NCBI GenBank assembly: GCA_000165425.1
Contig: CT868018.1
Span: 137,204-201,203 of the forward strand
Length of the DNA: 64,000 nt
Direction of reading: 5' to 3'
From: Paramecium tetraurelia
Lineage: Eukaryota
Shown here: positions 1 through 14,372 of the stretch, piece by piece
Layout: each line of letters starts with the position of its first letter
Numbering within the stretch: position 1 is the stretch's first letter
The notes under the pieces: model-generated
Database searches by the model: none
What the model saw: only the letters and a program-made list of their open reading frames with translations
Told to the model about the DNA's origin: nothing
Made by a program: the position numbers and the translations under genes

Positions 1-455
1 TTGGATTTGCAGGAGAAAATACACATGTATTTTGTTTAAGAAAATAATGTAGAATAACATTATAATAATTACAACTATTTTTTCGGATGTCCAAATAAAC
101 AATACTCAGATGATAGGCCATGGAAGTACCCAACATTAAATAAAATTCTGCCTTTCCTGTTGTTAATCTTACTATCACCTATTTGGATTTTTTTAGGAGT
201 TATACTACTTGTAGGACATCCTTTCTCCGGAGCCTATTTTATATTTAATCGATGGGACAATGATGCAGTTGGTAGGTACAAATATTTATCAACTTTAGAT
301 TGAGACCCGTCCAATTTGTAATGGTCATTTTTTTTGTTTATTTTATTGGAGGAATAGTCCTATACCCTTTTGTAGTGTTGTACGAATGCATAAAGATTCT
401 CTATATCTTAGTGTCCTTACTAGTCAGTCTAATAAAGAGGTTTAGAAAATTTTGA
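1..455 (+). CDS. 3' end of an RBR/IBR-type E3 ubiquitin ligase with C-terminal transmembrane helices (5' end outside window)
   Basis: Spliced reading WICRRKYTQQHYNNYNYFFGCP resembles the RING2 end of RNF144/RNF19-type RBR ligases. Two hydrophobic segments follow. Two tiny introns; TGA at 453-455. Confidence 0.7.
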
Positions 456-560
456 TTAATTTATTTATTCTAATGTTTCAAAAACAATTTGATTATCTTG
501 ATATTGTTTGAACAAGTGGATGATAACATTTATTAACACTTAAATGTTATTTGATTAACT

Positions 561-2407
561 ATGACTTTTAAAGTTATCAAAGGTTCTATACGAGAATTAA
601 AACGCCTCTGTATCTTTTTCATTTTTTTAGTTTTTATTTTAGAGTTGTATTAGATTTAATAAAAATTATAAATAGTTGAAGTAGCAAGATTAGATCTGGT
701 TAAAAAAATGCTAGAAAGACTGTCAAAAATTTAATCAGATATTTCATTTTTTAATTACTTCATTAGATACTTTCTAGGAATGTAAAATAAGATTAAAGGG
801 ATTATCTTGATAATTTATGGTTAAGATATTTCTATGCTCATAATTTCATATCCAATCTAAATCCCAATTAATATTAGGCTAGTTAAATCGCATCTTCCTA
901 ATGAAATTGAAATTTGACAACTTCATATTTTATTTTGCCTTCATAAATAGAAGAAACAGAAATCTATATCTGTAATACTAGCCCATAGTTTTAATATGAT
1001 TTAATGAATAGTATTTTATTTTTAAGGCAAGAATCAATGATAAGTTTTATAACACATATTTTGAATTTATCATTGAGATTAAATTACAAAATATTAATTC
1101 ATTAAATATTTTTTATTTGTATTTTTGTCAACAAAATTCCTATTTTTTGGGATAGATAATAAACTAAGGTTATAATGAGGATTTCACCTATTTTTATGAT
1201 CTTTATTAATTAATAAATGCTTTAATTTAGAGGATTCCTGATATTTGATTTAAAGAGGTCAATATTCTTCTTTGAAATGAGAAGAGACATTGAACTCGAC
1301 CCAAAATGGTTTGCATTTCAGAAGGATGTTAGAAAAAAATTTAATGAATAAGATGTTTTAGAAGATAAAGTTCTGGAAATGAGCAATATTTATGGAAAAA
1401 TAAGAGGAAAATTTGATGATTTTCAAAGTAATTAAAATTCAGTATAATAGAAAGGTTTCTGATTCTAATAGCCTAAAATTCGGTTGAGGATATTTATTTA
1501 GCTGAATTATTAAATGAGATTTTCTCCATTTTGATAGTCTAAGAGCATTATATTAAAGTATGTCATTCCTAATATACAGTTCTTCAAAGAGGAGTTAGAA
1601 GCTTTGGCTTTTTTTGAGGTTGAGAAAATAATTCAAAACAAAGAATATTATTTAATCTAAAACTTTCATTCAATGCATATTCCTAATCTATTCTCATAAA
1701 TTTCCGATAATCAGAAACTATTATTTTCTAATGATGTAGAATTACAAATGGAAGTATCATAATAATAAGGCTAATGTACAAAAGAACAGATAATTTTCAA
1801 AGGATTTACAATTTTTGATACATAAAGATAATGCTTTTATATGTTAATTAAGAGAGGATTTGAAAATGACGAATTATGGAAGATGTAAAGAACACAAATT
1901 TCACAATATTTACTCAAAAGGTCAAAAGATCCATTGTAACATTTTTTTCTTAATTATGAAATGGGTTAATTCCTGTTTGAATATGATAATTAGGCAAGTA
2001 AATAATTAGTTTTAGATTTATAGAAAATTATTTTATACTACTAACTGATTCGACATCATCTCAACACCCTTAATATTAATTACTATCTAAATTAAAAGCT
2101 TTGGTTTAAAAAATTCCAAATTATTAAAAAGTAATAGAATTAATATAGCTAGCTAAACAAACCGCAAATAGAAAATCTTTTAAAATTCAATTTAGTTGAA
2201 GTGATTGAAGCTGAGGAAAGAATTTATTACTAAAAATACTATCCTAATTGGATCGAAGAAGAAAAAAAAATTAACCGAAAATTATTAAGATAGAGAGGAA
2301 TGACTCAAATTTCTTTTCAAGACTAAGGGACATATTATAATGATGAGTTTTCATTGACTGATTTTGCAAGTTAACGAGTGAGATTTGTGCACGATTTATT
2401 TTAGTGA
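561..2407 (+). CDS. Hypothetical protein (~580 aa)
   Basis: ATG at 561; long frames open in the ciliate code joined by tiny introns; ends RVRFVHDLFQ-TGA. No recognisable domain; exon structure only partly checked. Confidence 0.6.
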
Positions 2408-2964
2408 CTTTTATTTAAAATTTAAAATCATTTTTACTTTTATCCAATAATAATCTCTATTTTATAGACTAGCTTATATAAATAAATATACCAAGTTAAA
2501 TTGACAGCACTTATCATTATAAATTCATAATATTTTAGGGATTTATTATTTGAATATTAAAATTAATGAGTAAAATTTATCTCCTAAATATTTGAACAAT
2601 AAATTTTATATTTTAATTTACATGGTATCAATTGGTGAATATTTGTATTAGTAAGTAGTAATAAATAAGTATAGTTATTAAATTCTATCTTCTATTTAAT
2701 ATTTACTATTCAATTAATTAATGATCATACATTTTAAAAATTTGGATTGATTTTTTAAATAAAAAGATGCCTTTTCTTTGTAATTAAGTTTCAATTCTTA
2801 ATTCTTATTCTCTCTCAATGTTTGGATATTAGTTTTCTCTGGGATGTAACTTTCTTATTACTTTAGTGGAGTGCCAGCAATAATGAGGTGAAACAGAAGA
2901 TGTCAATTTCTTTGATTTTTAGATATTTCCTTATAAAATTATATAATTTAACATAATAATTATT

Positions 2965-4195
2965 ATGAAGAAAGACCAAAGTGCAGCTTGTTTATTTTGC
3001 TAGAAATATAAACAAGATGGTTCATTCTCCCTTGTTCTTACAAAAGCTTTATATTGTAAATATGCTCAATCATAAAATTTTTACTTCTAAAGAGACATTA
3101 ATGATATTTTAGAAAACAAAAGAACTAAATCAAGAATTAGACACTATGATTTAAACATGTTTGATTTAGAAAATGAATACTTAAGAAGGTATATGATATT
3201 TCTTTAATACAAGATTTTATAAATCTTCAGAAACAAATACTCGTATTTAATCTCTTCTTGAATACTACAAATATCATATTAATATTCCAAGAAACTTTAA
3301 TTCGAACTTAATTAATTGTCGCATGGAAAAGGTAAGAAATATATAATATCGTAAAATTAAAAAAGAATTGGGAGTACAAAATGATGTGCAGTAGAGTCCA
3401 GCGAAAAAAAAGGATTCATCAGATGATTGTTCTGTTGAAAACATGAAATATCTTTTGAAGGATTTAAAATTAGTCACAACATAAGCTGATTATTCGAAAA
3501 TCACAAATTCGACATTGCTTAAGGATCTAATTATTTAGATTGGAAACTGTAATGAAATATTAGATCCAATCGATTTTTTAGAACCTAAAAATCAGATCAG
3601 AATTAATCACATCTCAACCAAGAGTATAACTTCTTCAAATGCAATAAAATTGAACATAGAAAAGTAAATCAAATCAAATCAAAATTTAAAAGCCCCCTTT
3701 GTCTCTCGTTATCCAAAACTTGTAACATCTAGCAAACCTCCTACCATCAAGATTGTAATTTCTTAACATTAATAAAATTCTCATAAACAACTCCAATAGC
3801 AGCAACCCATAAATAAAGGATCAATGACCACTAGAGTCAAATCTAGGTAGGTTTCTATGGGTAATATCGATCTAGCCAAATCTGGCTTACTTACGTCAAG
3901 AAGCAATCAAAATCATCAAATACCATAACAACATGAAGGAGTAAATGAAGGACTTATGGACTTTGCAATTAAGCTATTTTCTAATTAAAGTACAAAGCCT
4001 CAAAGAAAAACTCCTTTTTCTTAAAATAACAATTTCTTTGTCAAAGGAAACAACAATACTCAGCTGCATCAAATTCCTAATAAGGATGAATTAAAATTAT
4101 AGTTTAGAAGTTTAAGATCAAAAATAATCTCTCCCAACAGATAAAGTAAATCACATGTTGGCAGTCCTCAACATCGGAAAAAATAGCAATAGTGA
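2965..4195 (+). CDS. Ciliate hypothetical protein with conserved N-terminal block and low-complexity Q/S/N tail
   Basis: MKKDQSAACLFC...QNFYFQRDINDIL...EYLRR|FYK...LLEYYKYHINIPRNF; one intron near 3189-3213; TGA at 4193-4195. Confidence 0.75.
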
Positions 4196-4441
4196 ATTTT
4201 TGTTAATAATCAAATACAAAATATTTATATGTTTTAAATATCTCAGTACTTAAATAGAATAAAGATTTATTTCATTTAAGATAATATATTTTTAATTGTT
4301 CATTTTGCTTTAAATTCGTACTATCTATAGCATTTAAATAAACCAATTAATAAATAATTTAGACAGTTTAAAATTCATATTTCCTTTAAAATTTAATATA
4401 ATATTAACATGCAACATAAATAATAATAATTTATTATTAAA

Positions 4442-6811
4442 TCAATTGTATTTAACTATTAGTTTCTCCATCAAGTTGAGACATTCAACTCTTTTTAATC
4501 TGAAATCCTCCTTAAAACTACGGCAATTACTCAATAGTTTATTCACATCATTTGGAGAGAATGACATTTATTATAAGTATTAGGCTAATTGTCCAAGTAG
4601 GAATGTAAAGTTGACAATTTTCACATTGGAACATTCTAGTACTTAATCATATAAAAATGCTTAAAATAATATTAAAAGTTACATCTAATAAATTAGGCAG
4701 TTAAATTGTAAGCAAATTTAACAAAGTGTATGGAATACTCAAAATTGTTATTAAATATTTCTAAAAAATCTGTATCCTACATAACTAAATTTAGATTTTC
4801 ATTTAAATGTAAGAAGGTCTCTTAGAATTGATTGAATGTTTCGAAATGAATTTCTAAAATAGATTTTTCTAAGTTTCTAAATGATTCTGTCATTCTAAAA
4901 TGCTCAAAATCTCTCAAATCTAAGATATTAATTTATTTGTCAATTAGATTTGATTTTATGTCTGTAGTTTTGATCATCACATTTTTTAGTAAAATAAAGG
5001 ACAATTTTTCGACAGTTGATACCTAACTAGAATAGTTGCCATAGAATTCTAACAGTTATTCCCTAAGTTTTTTTAGAAACAACAAAAATTCTATTTAGTT
5101 TTAGATTAACATCCTGTTGATAGTAAATTCATCATTTTCAGATGATTGCCTGTGAAATAAAAACTTTGGATCAGAATGTTGATAAAGGTGCTTTGGAGGA
5201 CAATAATTTCTTTCTGATTTATATTGATCTTCTCGACATTGCTTATTGTCACTATACCTACTTGTAGTTTACTGTGATTCAACCTTATGGTGGACAACAC
5301 TTACTGTTCTGTCCTTCTTTTAAGTATTGGGTTGAGTTTAGCAACTTGTGATTTTTTAGTTAGATACATTGTTTTTGTTTTCCTCTTCATTTTAAGGGGA
5401 AGCATGAGTTTTTAGATAATGCTTCCCTTTAATTAATTAAACCTATCTGTTGTCAACATGCAATTAAAGAGGAGATATCGTATTTCTTTTTATTTTATCA
5501 TCCGAGGGACTGACATTGGGAATTATTTGCATTGATTTATTTTATTTGGCTTCCTATGGAGTTAAGTTTTAAGTGTTAGAAAATTGTTATGCTTGTGGTT
5601 TTAATGGTTAAATTATGGCCTTTTATTATTAATTTGAGATCATCTATTATAACTACTAAGATGGTTGTGTTTAAGAAAACACCTTTATTAAATTTGTTGT
5701 TAATGCATTGAAGCTTGTTACTATTTTGAGCAATTCTTGTTCTAAGAGGGTTATTAACTTTAATTCTGTGAATGACTTTATACAGGTTATTATGTTTGTT
5801 AATATACTTAAAGAGGTTGGATTTAAGCTTATGCCTATGCTTATGGATTTTAAGGTTGAGGTTAAACTTATTATATGGTTTCTTTTTTTGGTTGCCTCTC
5901 AAAGGCATTTTCAAATAAAGGATGAGTAAAGACTTGTTCCCAACCGAATCTATTATTTTCTTCATATGCCAAGCAACCGGTTATGAATTACTAAGCTGGC
6001 TTTGAAATTTTTTTGGCTAAATATATTAAAATTGAATTACAAAAAGCGATTTTTTAATTTCTTTATTTATTAACTAGATCTAATATATCTCTAACATTCC
6101 AAGGGGTTTTGCCTTCGATCATTTCATAGAAGATTAATCCTATAGACCATACATCACATTTAGAAGTGTATTACTTTCTAAGTAATACTTGTGGAGACAT
6201 GTAGAGAGGAGTTCCAACAAGAGAAGTCATCAAATCTTCATCTAATTTATCAAATCGTTTGGCAAATCCAAAATCTGCTATCTTGAATATATTATTATTG
6301 GCCACCAAAATGTTGGCTGGTTTGAGATCTCTATGAATGATCCCTCTTTTAAATGATTAAAGAATCCCCCGCAATATTTATATCAATATTTTAGTAGCAG
6401 CTGATTCCTCTATTGGTCCCTATAATATTAGATGAAACTATTACTGATCTTTTCATATATTCTTTAAGGTCTCCTCCAGTGCAGAGTTCTGAAATTATAT
6501 AACAATTATTAGCCGTTGTAATTACATCTATAAGTCTAACTATATTTGGACAGTCCAAGTCTTTCATTATATCTATTTCTTTTTATAATAAGGCTTGATT
6601 GTCAGCAGAATATTGTTGGAAGGCGATCGCTTTAATGGCAACAGTTTATCTAAAATAGAAATTGCATAATGGAATACCCTGAATCTATATTTCTACCAAT
6701 ATAGACTACTCCATACGAGCCTCTTCCAATGATGGCTTGTGTAGAAAAAGCATAGTTGTGAATTCGCTTGTCTGGTACATGTTTAGATAGCTGTTGAATA
6801 CGAGCCTACAT
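4442..6811 (-). CDS. Ser/Thr protein kinase, ULK/Atg1-like
   Basis: GRGSYGVV, VAIK, HRDLKPANIL, KIADFGFAK, VGTPLYMSPQ and DVWSIG motifs; Q-rich linker and helical C-terminal region; several tiny introns. Confidence 0.9.
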
Positions 6812-6865
6812 ATAAATTAAAATAAAATGAACGTTTGAAAATAAAAAATATATAAAATATGGTAA

Positions 6866-7755
6866 TCATTAGTTCTAGCAATAATTCAGATAGGATTCGT
6901 AATGTTTAAGAATCACTCCTAATCTTCCATTAATGTCGGTACTATAATACCACTTTAAAAGTCCATTTTCACACATCTATATGGTTTGTAACAATTCCAA
7001 TGAATGCTTTGATATTTTCTCTGGCGAAGTTTCATCCTTTTTGCCAGCCATAGCCAAGAGCTAGTTTTTAGCATTTTCATTCAGAGACAATATTTCTATT
7101 ATCTTATCTATACAACCATGTAATTTCTAGTAGAGCTATAAAGTTTCTTCGTCAAAATTGTCAATAATTATTTGCGTAGTTGAATATTTTAGTTTCTAAA
7201 TTTTATTTATTAAATATACAGAATTAGAATCCTATATTTTTCTTTCAGAAAATCCAATTATTTTTAGACGTTGGATATTCTAAACTGTACAGACGTATAT
7301 TGAATGTTCATGAACTGGCACACATTCAACTAGCTTTACTCTCATGCAGCAGTCATTATATTGAGGATCAATTATAAAAGTCAAATTTTTTTTCAATACT
7401 TCTGTAATCATTTCCACATATCTACTAATTTCTAATGTTTCATACCTCTTTTCAAAGAAATTAAATTGAGTTAAGGCATTGTGATGTAGAGTAATTCTAT
7501 AAACAAAGCAAGGCTCTCCTTAGTGTTCATGCATTCTTTCCTCAGGTTCAGTAATGGAAAGAAATGGCGAGTTTATGTAGTTACAACATAATCGTCTGCA
7601 AATCGGGCAACTCTGCCTTTGCTTAAATTTTTATAAAATAAATATACTTCTAGAGCAACTACTATGCAGTCTCGACAAAAAATATGATTACAAGGCAATT
7701 TAATAGGATCTACGTAATCCTCAAAGCAAATGCTACAATTTTCTTATAATGACAT
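6866..7755 (-). CDS. RING-finger protein with probable Lon substrate-binding domain (LONRF-like)
   Basis: C3HC4 RING CSICFEDYVDPIKLPCNHIFCRDC...CPICR; downstream FNFFEKRY and YSTDINGRL resemble LON-N domain motifs. Confidence 0.75.
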
Positions 7756-8462
7756 ATTCAGAAATATGTTCTAATTTAAAAAATATAATCTAATATTAAA
7801 ATCTGAAGCAGCTCATTCTTAAACATAAACTCAGAAAGAAATTGTTCTTAATTAAATTATAAATTGTAATGTGTTGTATTAATATCATTTATGTCGTCTA
7901 TCGTTTATTCTTATATTAAAATATATTTTAATTCAACAAGAGAAAAGGAATTCTCAATTTTATCTAATAACTATTTTGAAATATTAGTGTATCTTCATTA
8001 AAATAAGTCATTAAGCCATTATTCCCTCATCTTAATCATATTCCTCAATTCTGAATTATCTATATCTCTAAGTAAATGAATAAATGTTAAAACTATAGGT
8101 TTCTTTTCTTAAAGAAATGGCATTTTTATTAACATTAATTAAAAACAAATTCATAAAGTAAGAATTAATTAAAAGCCAATTAGATTTCATGTGTATTCAT
8201 CTTGAGACTAACATAAATTATTAATCATTTAAATAAATTGCCATTACGGAGGACATAATCAACTTTAACAAAGGTATGTGCTGATATTGATAAATTAAAT
8301 AGTTTATTAACTTATTACATTAAAATGAACAATTTTAGAGAGTGTGAATAATAAATTAATTATTTGAATAAATCATCATAAAATTTAGATAGCTAGTGAA
8401 TTTAAAAAAAGGAATAATCAAAAAAGCGATATTATATAAATCTTAGAAACCTTGTGGTTTAT

Positions 8463-9516
8463 TCATATTAAATCTAGTTTAACATCTTTGTATAAATAAT
8501 CATTATCTGATCTTATTAAAAATAACTTTTCATAAATAGAAATGTAAAAAATAAGCAAAGTACTGAATTAAACGTGAAAAGTATAGACATAATTAGACAG
8601 GATAGCAACTACAAAAACATGGAGGCAATGATCAGGGTTATGACTGAGATAACAGTTACTAAACAACTGAAAATTTTGGACTTACTAACTAAATGTTGTT
8701 TACTCTATTAATGCATTATGTGTTTGAATCCTTTATTCCTGTTCTAACTAAAAATACTGCCAAATTAATACTAAAATATGGTATGAACATATTTGAAATC
8801 CCTAAACACAGCAAGGCCAAGCAGTAAATTTCCAATTAAATATTACTTATCTAATAAAATTAAAATTATTTTATTTTACAATTAAAGATGGATCCTTAAT
8901 TGACAACCAAATTGCAAATAAAAAAACATAGATGCTAACTCCAAACTAGATGATAATAAATATTTTCTAATTCAAAGTTGTTCGTATTTTTTTCATAAAC
9001 ATCCTTTCAAAGAAATTTACTATTTAAAGGTCTAACTTTACCTATTTCCTTGGAAGATGCTCTTTTTATATCTAGCTAGGAAAATATAATATCCTATTGC
9101 TTGGACCAATATTTGATATCCAAAATTTCTTCTTGAATTTCAGAAGACCTATTATCAAAATATGTAAATTCATTAAAAAGTATTACAGTTCTTTTATGTT
9201 GACCATTGATCGAAAACAATTTCTTTCTAATTTACTTGGTCGATTTCAATATTTCTGAATTTTGCTAACAAAAGACAATGATATATCCAGTAACTTTAGG
9301 GTCTCTAAAAGGTAGCAATGTAAAAAATGAATCATAAGATGGTGTATCAATTAATTCTATATCGTATTCTGGAATCTTGGAGTCTTAGAAAAGTTTTTTA
9401 TTTATAGCCGAAAATTTCTAAACAAATGCAGTCTTTCCTGCTTATTGTAATCCGATGACCATAATCGTCTATTTATTAGGGGCTTCACTCAAAGATATAT
9501 TTAAATCATTCTGCAT
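8463..9516 (-). CDS. Degenerate small-GTPase-like domain fused to C-terminal transmembrane segments (3' end uncertain)
   Basis: IMVIGLQQAGKTAF (P-loop), IELIDTPS (degenerate G3), GYIIVF; then hydrophobic helices. Two alternative splice/frame solutions exist for the 3' half. Confidence 0.6.
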
Positions 9517-9592
9517 AGAATATTATTTAAAATTATATTAAAAAATATTTTGTTTAATTTATATTGTATTACTTAAACAGATCATACAGGTC

Positions 9593-10547
9593 TCATTATT
9601 TCTTTTCTTATTCTCTTGTATTGGTATTTCTTGTATTGTTTGGTCTATTGTCTCTATTATCTCTATTATCTCTTCTGTCTCTATTGTCTCTATTATCTCT
9701 ATTGTCTCTATGTTCTCTGTTATCTCTTTGTTCTCTGTTATCTCTTTGTTCTCTATTATCTCTTTGTTCTCTGTTATCTCTATGTTCTCTGTTATCTCTA
9801 TGTTCTCTATTATCTCTATGTTCTCTATTGTCTCTGTTATCTCTTCTGTCTCTGTTGTCTCTGTTATCTCTGTTGTCTCTATTGTCTCTGTTATCTCTAT
9901 TGTCTCTTCTATCTCTATTATCTCTATTATCTCTATTGTCTCTTCTATCTCTGTTATCTCTATTATCTTTGTTATCTCTTCTATCTTAACCTCTATTATC
10001 ATCTCTTGGAGCTCCTCTGTTTTATCTTGTATTTCTCTCTCTTTTTTCTCCTTCTAATTATTTAATTTTTATTATACATTATCTTTATCTTTATGGAACA
10101 ACTTCAGATTCAGGGAGAGGTTCTTAGAATCCAACAGACTTTTTATCTTCTTCTGTGGGTTTTGTTGTCAATTTAACGGTTAAAATAGACAATTATTTAG
10201 TGATATTAACTTCAACTAATCCTTCTTCGGTTGGTACATATTTGTCCACAATTTAAGTTGCACCAATTTAATTAATCTATGTTATTAATTGGATTGTATA
10301 CTTGAGCTAATCCAGCAACTCTTCTTCTAACGATTTCACTGATCACCAATACTTTAGGAATGGCATTTTCAATTCCTTTAATCACAACAAATTCTTATTT
10401 TGGGATTTCTTCAGTGCCGAGCAACAATTCAATAGCTCTTTTGATGTATGAGCCATCAAGACGTTTGGCTGACACTCTGATTTCATTAATTGGAGCTTAA
10501 GCTTATTCACTTCTGACGTGTTCGTATTTATCTTAAGTTGCTCTCAT
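9593..10547 (-). CDS. Alba-domain nucleic-acid-binding protein (Rpp25/Mdp2 subfamily) with (RDN)n tail
   Basis: NEIRVS...VVIKGIENAIPKVLVISEIVRRRVAGLAQ|IN...DKYVPTEEGL...GFQEPLP is typical of Rpp25-like Alba; two introns; tail of RDN/REH/REQ repeats; TGA at 9593-9595. Confidence 0.85.
9645..10005 (-). repeat. Coding 9-bp tandem repeat (AGAGAYAAY-like on the minus strand) encoding Arg-Asp-Asn
   Basis: Plus strand shows about 40 degenerate units such as ATTATCTCT, GTTATCTCT and ATTGTCTCT. Confidence 0.95.
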
Positions 10548-11030
10548 AAAAAATTAAAAAAATGATTTAAATTAAAATATTTAAAATTGAACTTATGAAT
10601 AGCAATGATTTTTAGTTTTCTATTAAAACTTTTATGAATATCTTTAGAAACCATATTATTTGATTTTGCTAATAGTTTAAACACCAATTAAGAAAAAATT
10701 GCATTACTAAATCGCATTTCATCTAGTTAACAAATATTTTGATCTGCAAATGTAAAATCTCTACGCTAAACCATAATTCTAAAAGAAAATCAATTGATTA
10801 TCATTTAGTAAATATGAAAGTTTATTAGACACAGGAGATTAATTAAGTTCTAAAAATGTGCATTTGTTTATTGATTTCCACAATAATGAATGACTTCTTT
10901 TTAAATTTCAATATTCTTATTAAATCCAAGGAGTTCTTCTTTTTTTGATTGATTTCTTTTTCCTTTAGGGCTCGTTTGGAATTTATATAGGTAAGTTTAT
11001 TTTGAATAAAATTAATTAAATAAATTATTT

Positions 11031-11835
11031 ATGAATATTTACAATTATCTCTTTAAGTTCATCATAGTTGGAGATACAAGTAAGCTAAAAATAAATATGT
11101 TTAGATGTTGGTAAAAGTTGTTTACTGTTGTAATTTACAGATTCTAGATTCAGAAATGAACATGATGCCACAATTGGTGTAGAATTTGGATCAAGAAATC
11201 TAAAAATTAATGATAAATAAATCAAATTACAAATATGGGACACTGTATGAATATTTCTTAAATATTTAGGCTGGCCAAGAATCTTTCAAATCAATTACGC
11301 GATCATATTATCGAGGGTATTGAATGAATAGCTAATATAGATCAATCGGTGGAATACTTGTATTTGATGTGACAAGTAGATAATCTTTTGAGGATTTATA
11401 AAAATGGTATTAAGAAATTTAAGGATATGCTTGCGATAAAATAGAAATGGTTATAGTAGGAAATAAGATCGACTTAGAAGAGAGGTAAAATTAAATCAAG
11501 TATGCATTAGAAGGGAAGTTAAAACCGAAGAAGCAAGGCGATATGCATAAAAATAAGGATTTGCTTACTTTGAAACTTCAGCTAAGACAGGTGAGAATGT
11601 TGATAATGTCTTTGAAACTATGGCGAATTAAGTGTTAAAGAAGATTGATAGTGGAGAAATAGATCCTACTTAAGAAGTATACTCAAAAAATTATGTTTAG
11701 GTTTATGGAATTAAGATTGGATCGATTGGTATCAAAAAGAAGAATGATGTAGTATAGCCAAGAGAATAGCCAAAAGCTCAACTCGTTACAACAAGTTAGA
11801 CTTAGTAATAAGGAAAGAGCGAAGGCTGTTGTTGA
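11031..11835 (+). CDS. RAB2: Rab2-family GTPase
   Basis: YLFKFIIVGDT|NVGKSCLLLQFTD, TIGVEFGSR, WDT|AGQESFKSITRSYYRG, GNKID, ETSAK; C-terminal CC prenylation motif; five tiny introns. Confidence 0.93.
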
Positions 11836-13278
11836 AGATTATTTTTAGTAAATTGTATATTCAATTTCTTCATTTCCTAATTAAGTAATGTAAAATCTAT
11901 TCTATATATATATCAATTCTATTTTATCAAAATTTCGATGATTTAAAAATGTAATTATTTTTTTGTGTTTCATTTCCTAAAAATACCTAATTCAATAATA
12001 TTCCTATTAATGCTTCTAAAAGCATATATAAAAATAATTATAGTCAAAAAAACATGTATCCTTTCTTATATAAATATCAGATTATTATGTTATAATCAAC
12101 TCTTTACACTTTCATAAATCCAAATCCTAAATCATTTGAATAAATCTCATATCTGCTACACCTTCTGTATTTATTTTTGGATCTTTGATAATTTATATAT
12201 CCCCTTGTCGTAAAGTGTAATAAAATTTATTATATTGAATCATTGCAATTAATTGAATATTGCAACTATTCATTTTTGAAGCCTTAGATTTTATAAGCAT
12301 TATCAAATCTCACATCCTTTTACTAAAATTCTATGAGTGGCATTCATAGAATGATATTTTTTATATGAAACTTGTAGAATCTAAATTAGAATAATAAGGG
12401 GTACTGATAAATTTCAATGTATTAAGCGGTTTCATAATTTTCGATTTATTAAGTATCTTGCTTCTAATAGTATCTAAATCTATTTTATACAGATTGTGCC
12501 AGTAAATTATAAACTATTACTTTTTTTAATATATCTTAAATTAGTATTTGATCTGCAGATATAAAATGAAGGGCCCATAAAGTTTATATTTCATCTATTA
12601 TTAATAATGTATTGAGTAAGATATTTTCTTATTATTCCTTATTTTACAAAACAATTATTATAAAACTGACTGCTTCTTTTGCCATAAAAGATAATTATAC
12701 CGATGAGGTTTGTACATAAAATTAAGAATCTTTTAAAAAGCATCTGTTAATTTTCTCAAATAGAGAATAATAAAAATTTCCCTTTTCTATTTTGTATCAA
12801 TGCAAGCATCAAAAAGCATTACTCTTGCTCAGTGCTTATATTACAGCTAATAAGTTCAATGCATATTATAAATAGTGTAAATTTTTTAAATTAGAATGAG
12901 GATTCAAGTATTTTATGATGAACACATAAAATAATACAGAAGGCGAGGAGTAATACTTCAATATGCATTTAGATTTGTAAAAGTTATTAGATATGAATAT
13001 ATTAGGACTTAAAATTTGTATCTCTAAAAATTTGAAGAGAGGTTATTTAAGAAAATAGACCAAATTTACACATAGATTTAAGATAATTATCAACAGTCTA
13101 TCCGTTATTTTAAAGATATGACTATGAATAATCAAATATTTAGGATATTTTAAATATTCTATCAAGTCATAAACAATGAATAAATGTTAATTTTGATTAT
13201 TTACGATCTAATTCATAATAGATATACCACATAAAAACAGAATCAGTTTTTATCGGTAAGCTAGAAAGGAAAAGTTAA

Positions 13279-13815
<537 letters not shown>

Positions 13816-14372
13816 AGATTCTATGTATATGTTTTATACATTGCTATATAATTATCAATTATTTTATATATTGGTTTAATTTGATTGCTAACGATTAAAG
13901 TTAGAGGACTGAAAATAGCAAGAGTGTAGTGAAGAGAAATAAATATTTCTATCAATCATCAAAAATGTTTTAGTTTTTAAAATATAAGAAGTTTTTATTT
14001 GAGTGTGTTTTTCTCAAAGACTCTTCAATTAAGCTCTTAAAAAAGTAAATGAAGGTGAATAAACCTTGGAAAAATCATTAAAATAAAAGTGAATATATAA
14101 TTAGATCTTTGAATCTAAAGAATATTTTATTAATTATATATTTTCATTTGAAAGCAATTTAGAATATACTTAAAAGTGAATTCTATATGAATGGTTGAGA
14201 ATATATACAATAATGAACAAATTAAATTGCTTGCATAAATTCCCTAAATTTATTGAGTTTTTATCTAAATCGTTATAGGCTTTATACGGTCCTTGTGATT
14301 GTATGTCCTCATAAAGAAAATATCACGTCAGAAAAAGAAAAAAATTCACATATTTATTTAATAAAATTGCAT

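Noticed and set aside
5576..5965. 129-aa and 73-aa ORFs
   Set aside because: Off-frame and antisense shadows of the kinase's Gln-rich linker.
9559..10065. Four overlapping repetitive ORFs (poly-LLS, LCY, SVI, IEI) in the ORF track, and a possible CRISPR-like array
   Set aside because: All are alternative frames or antisense of the 9-bp RDN coding repeat of the Alba gene; there are no unique spacers.
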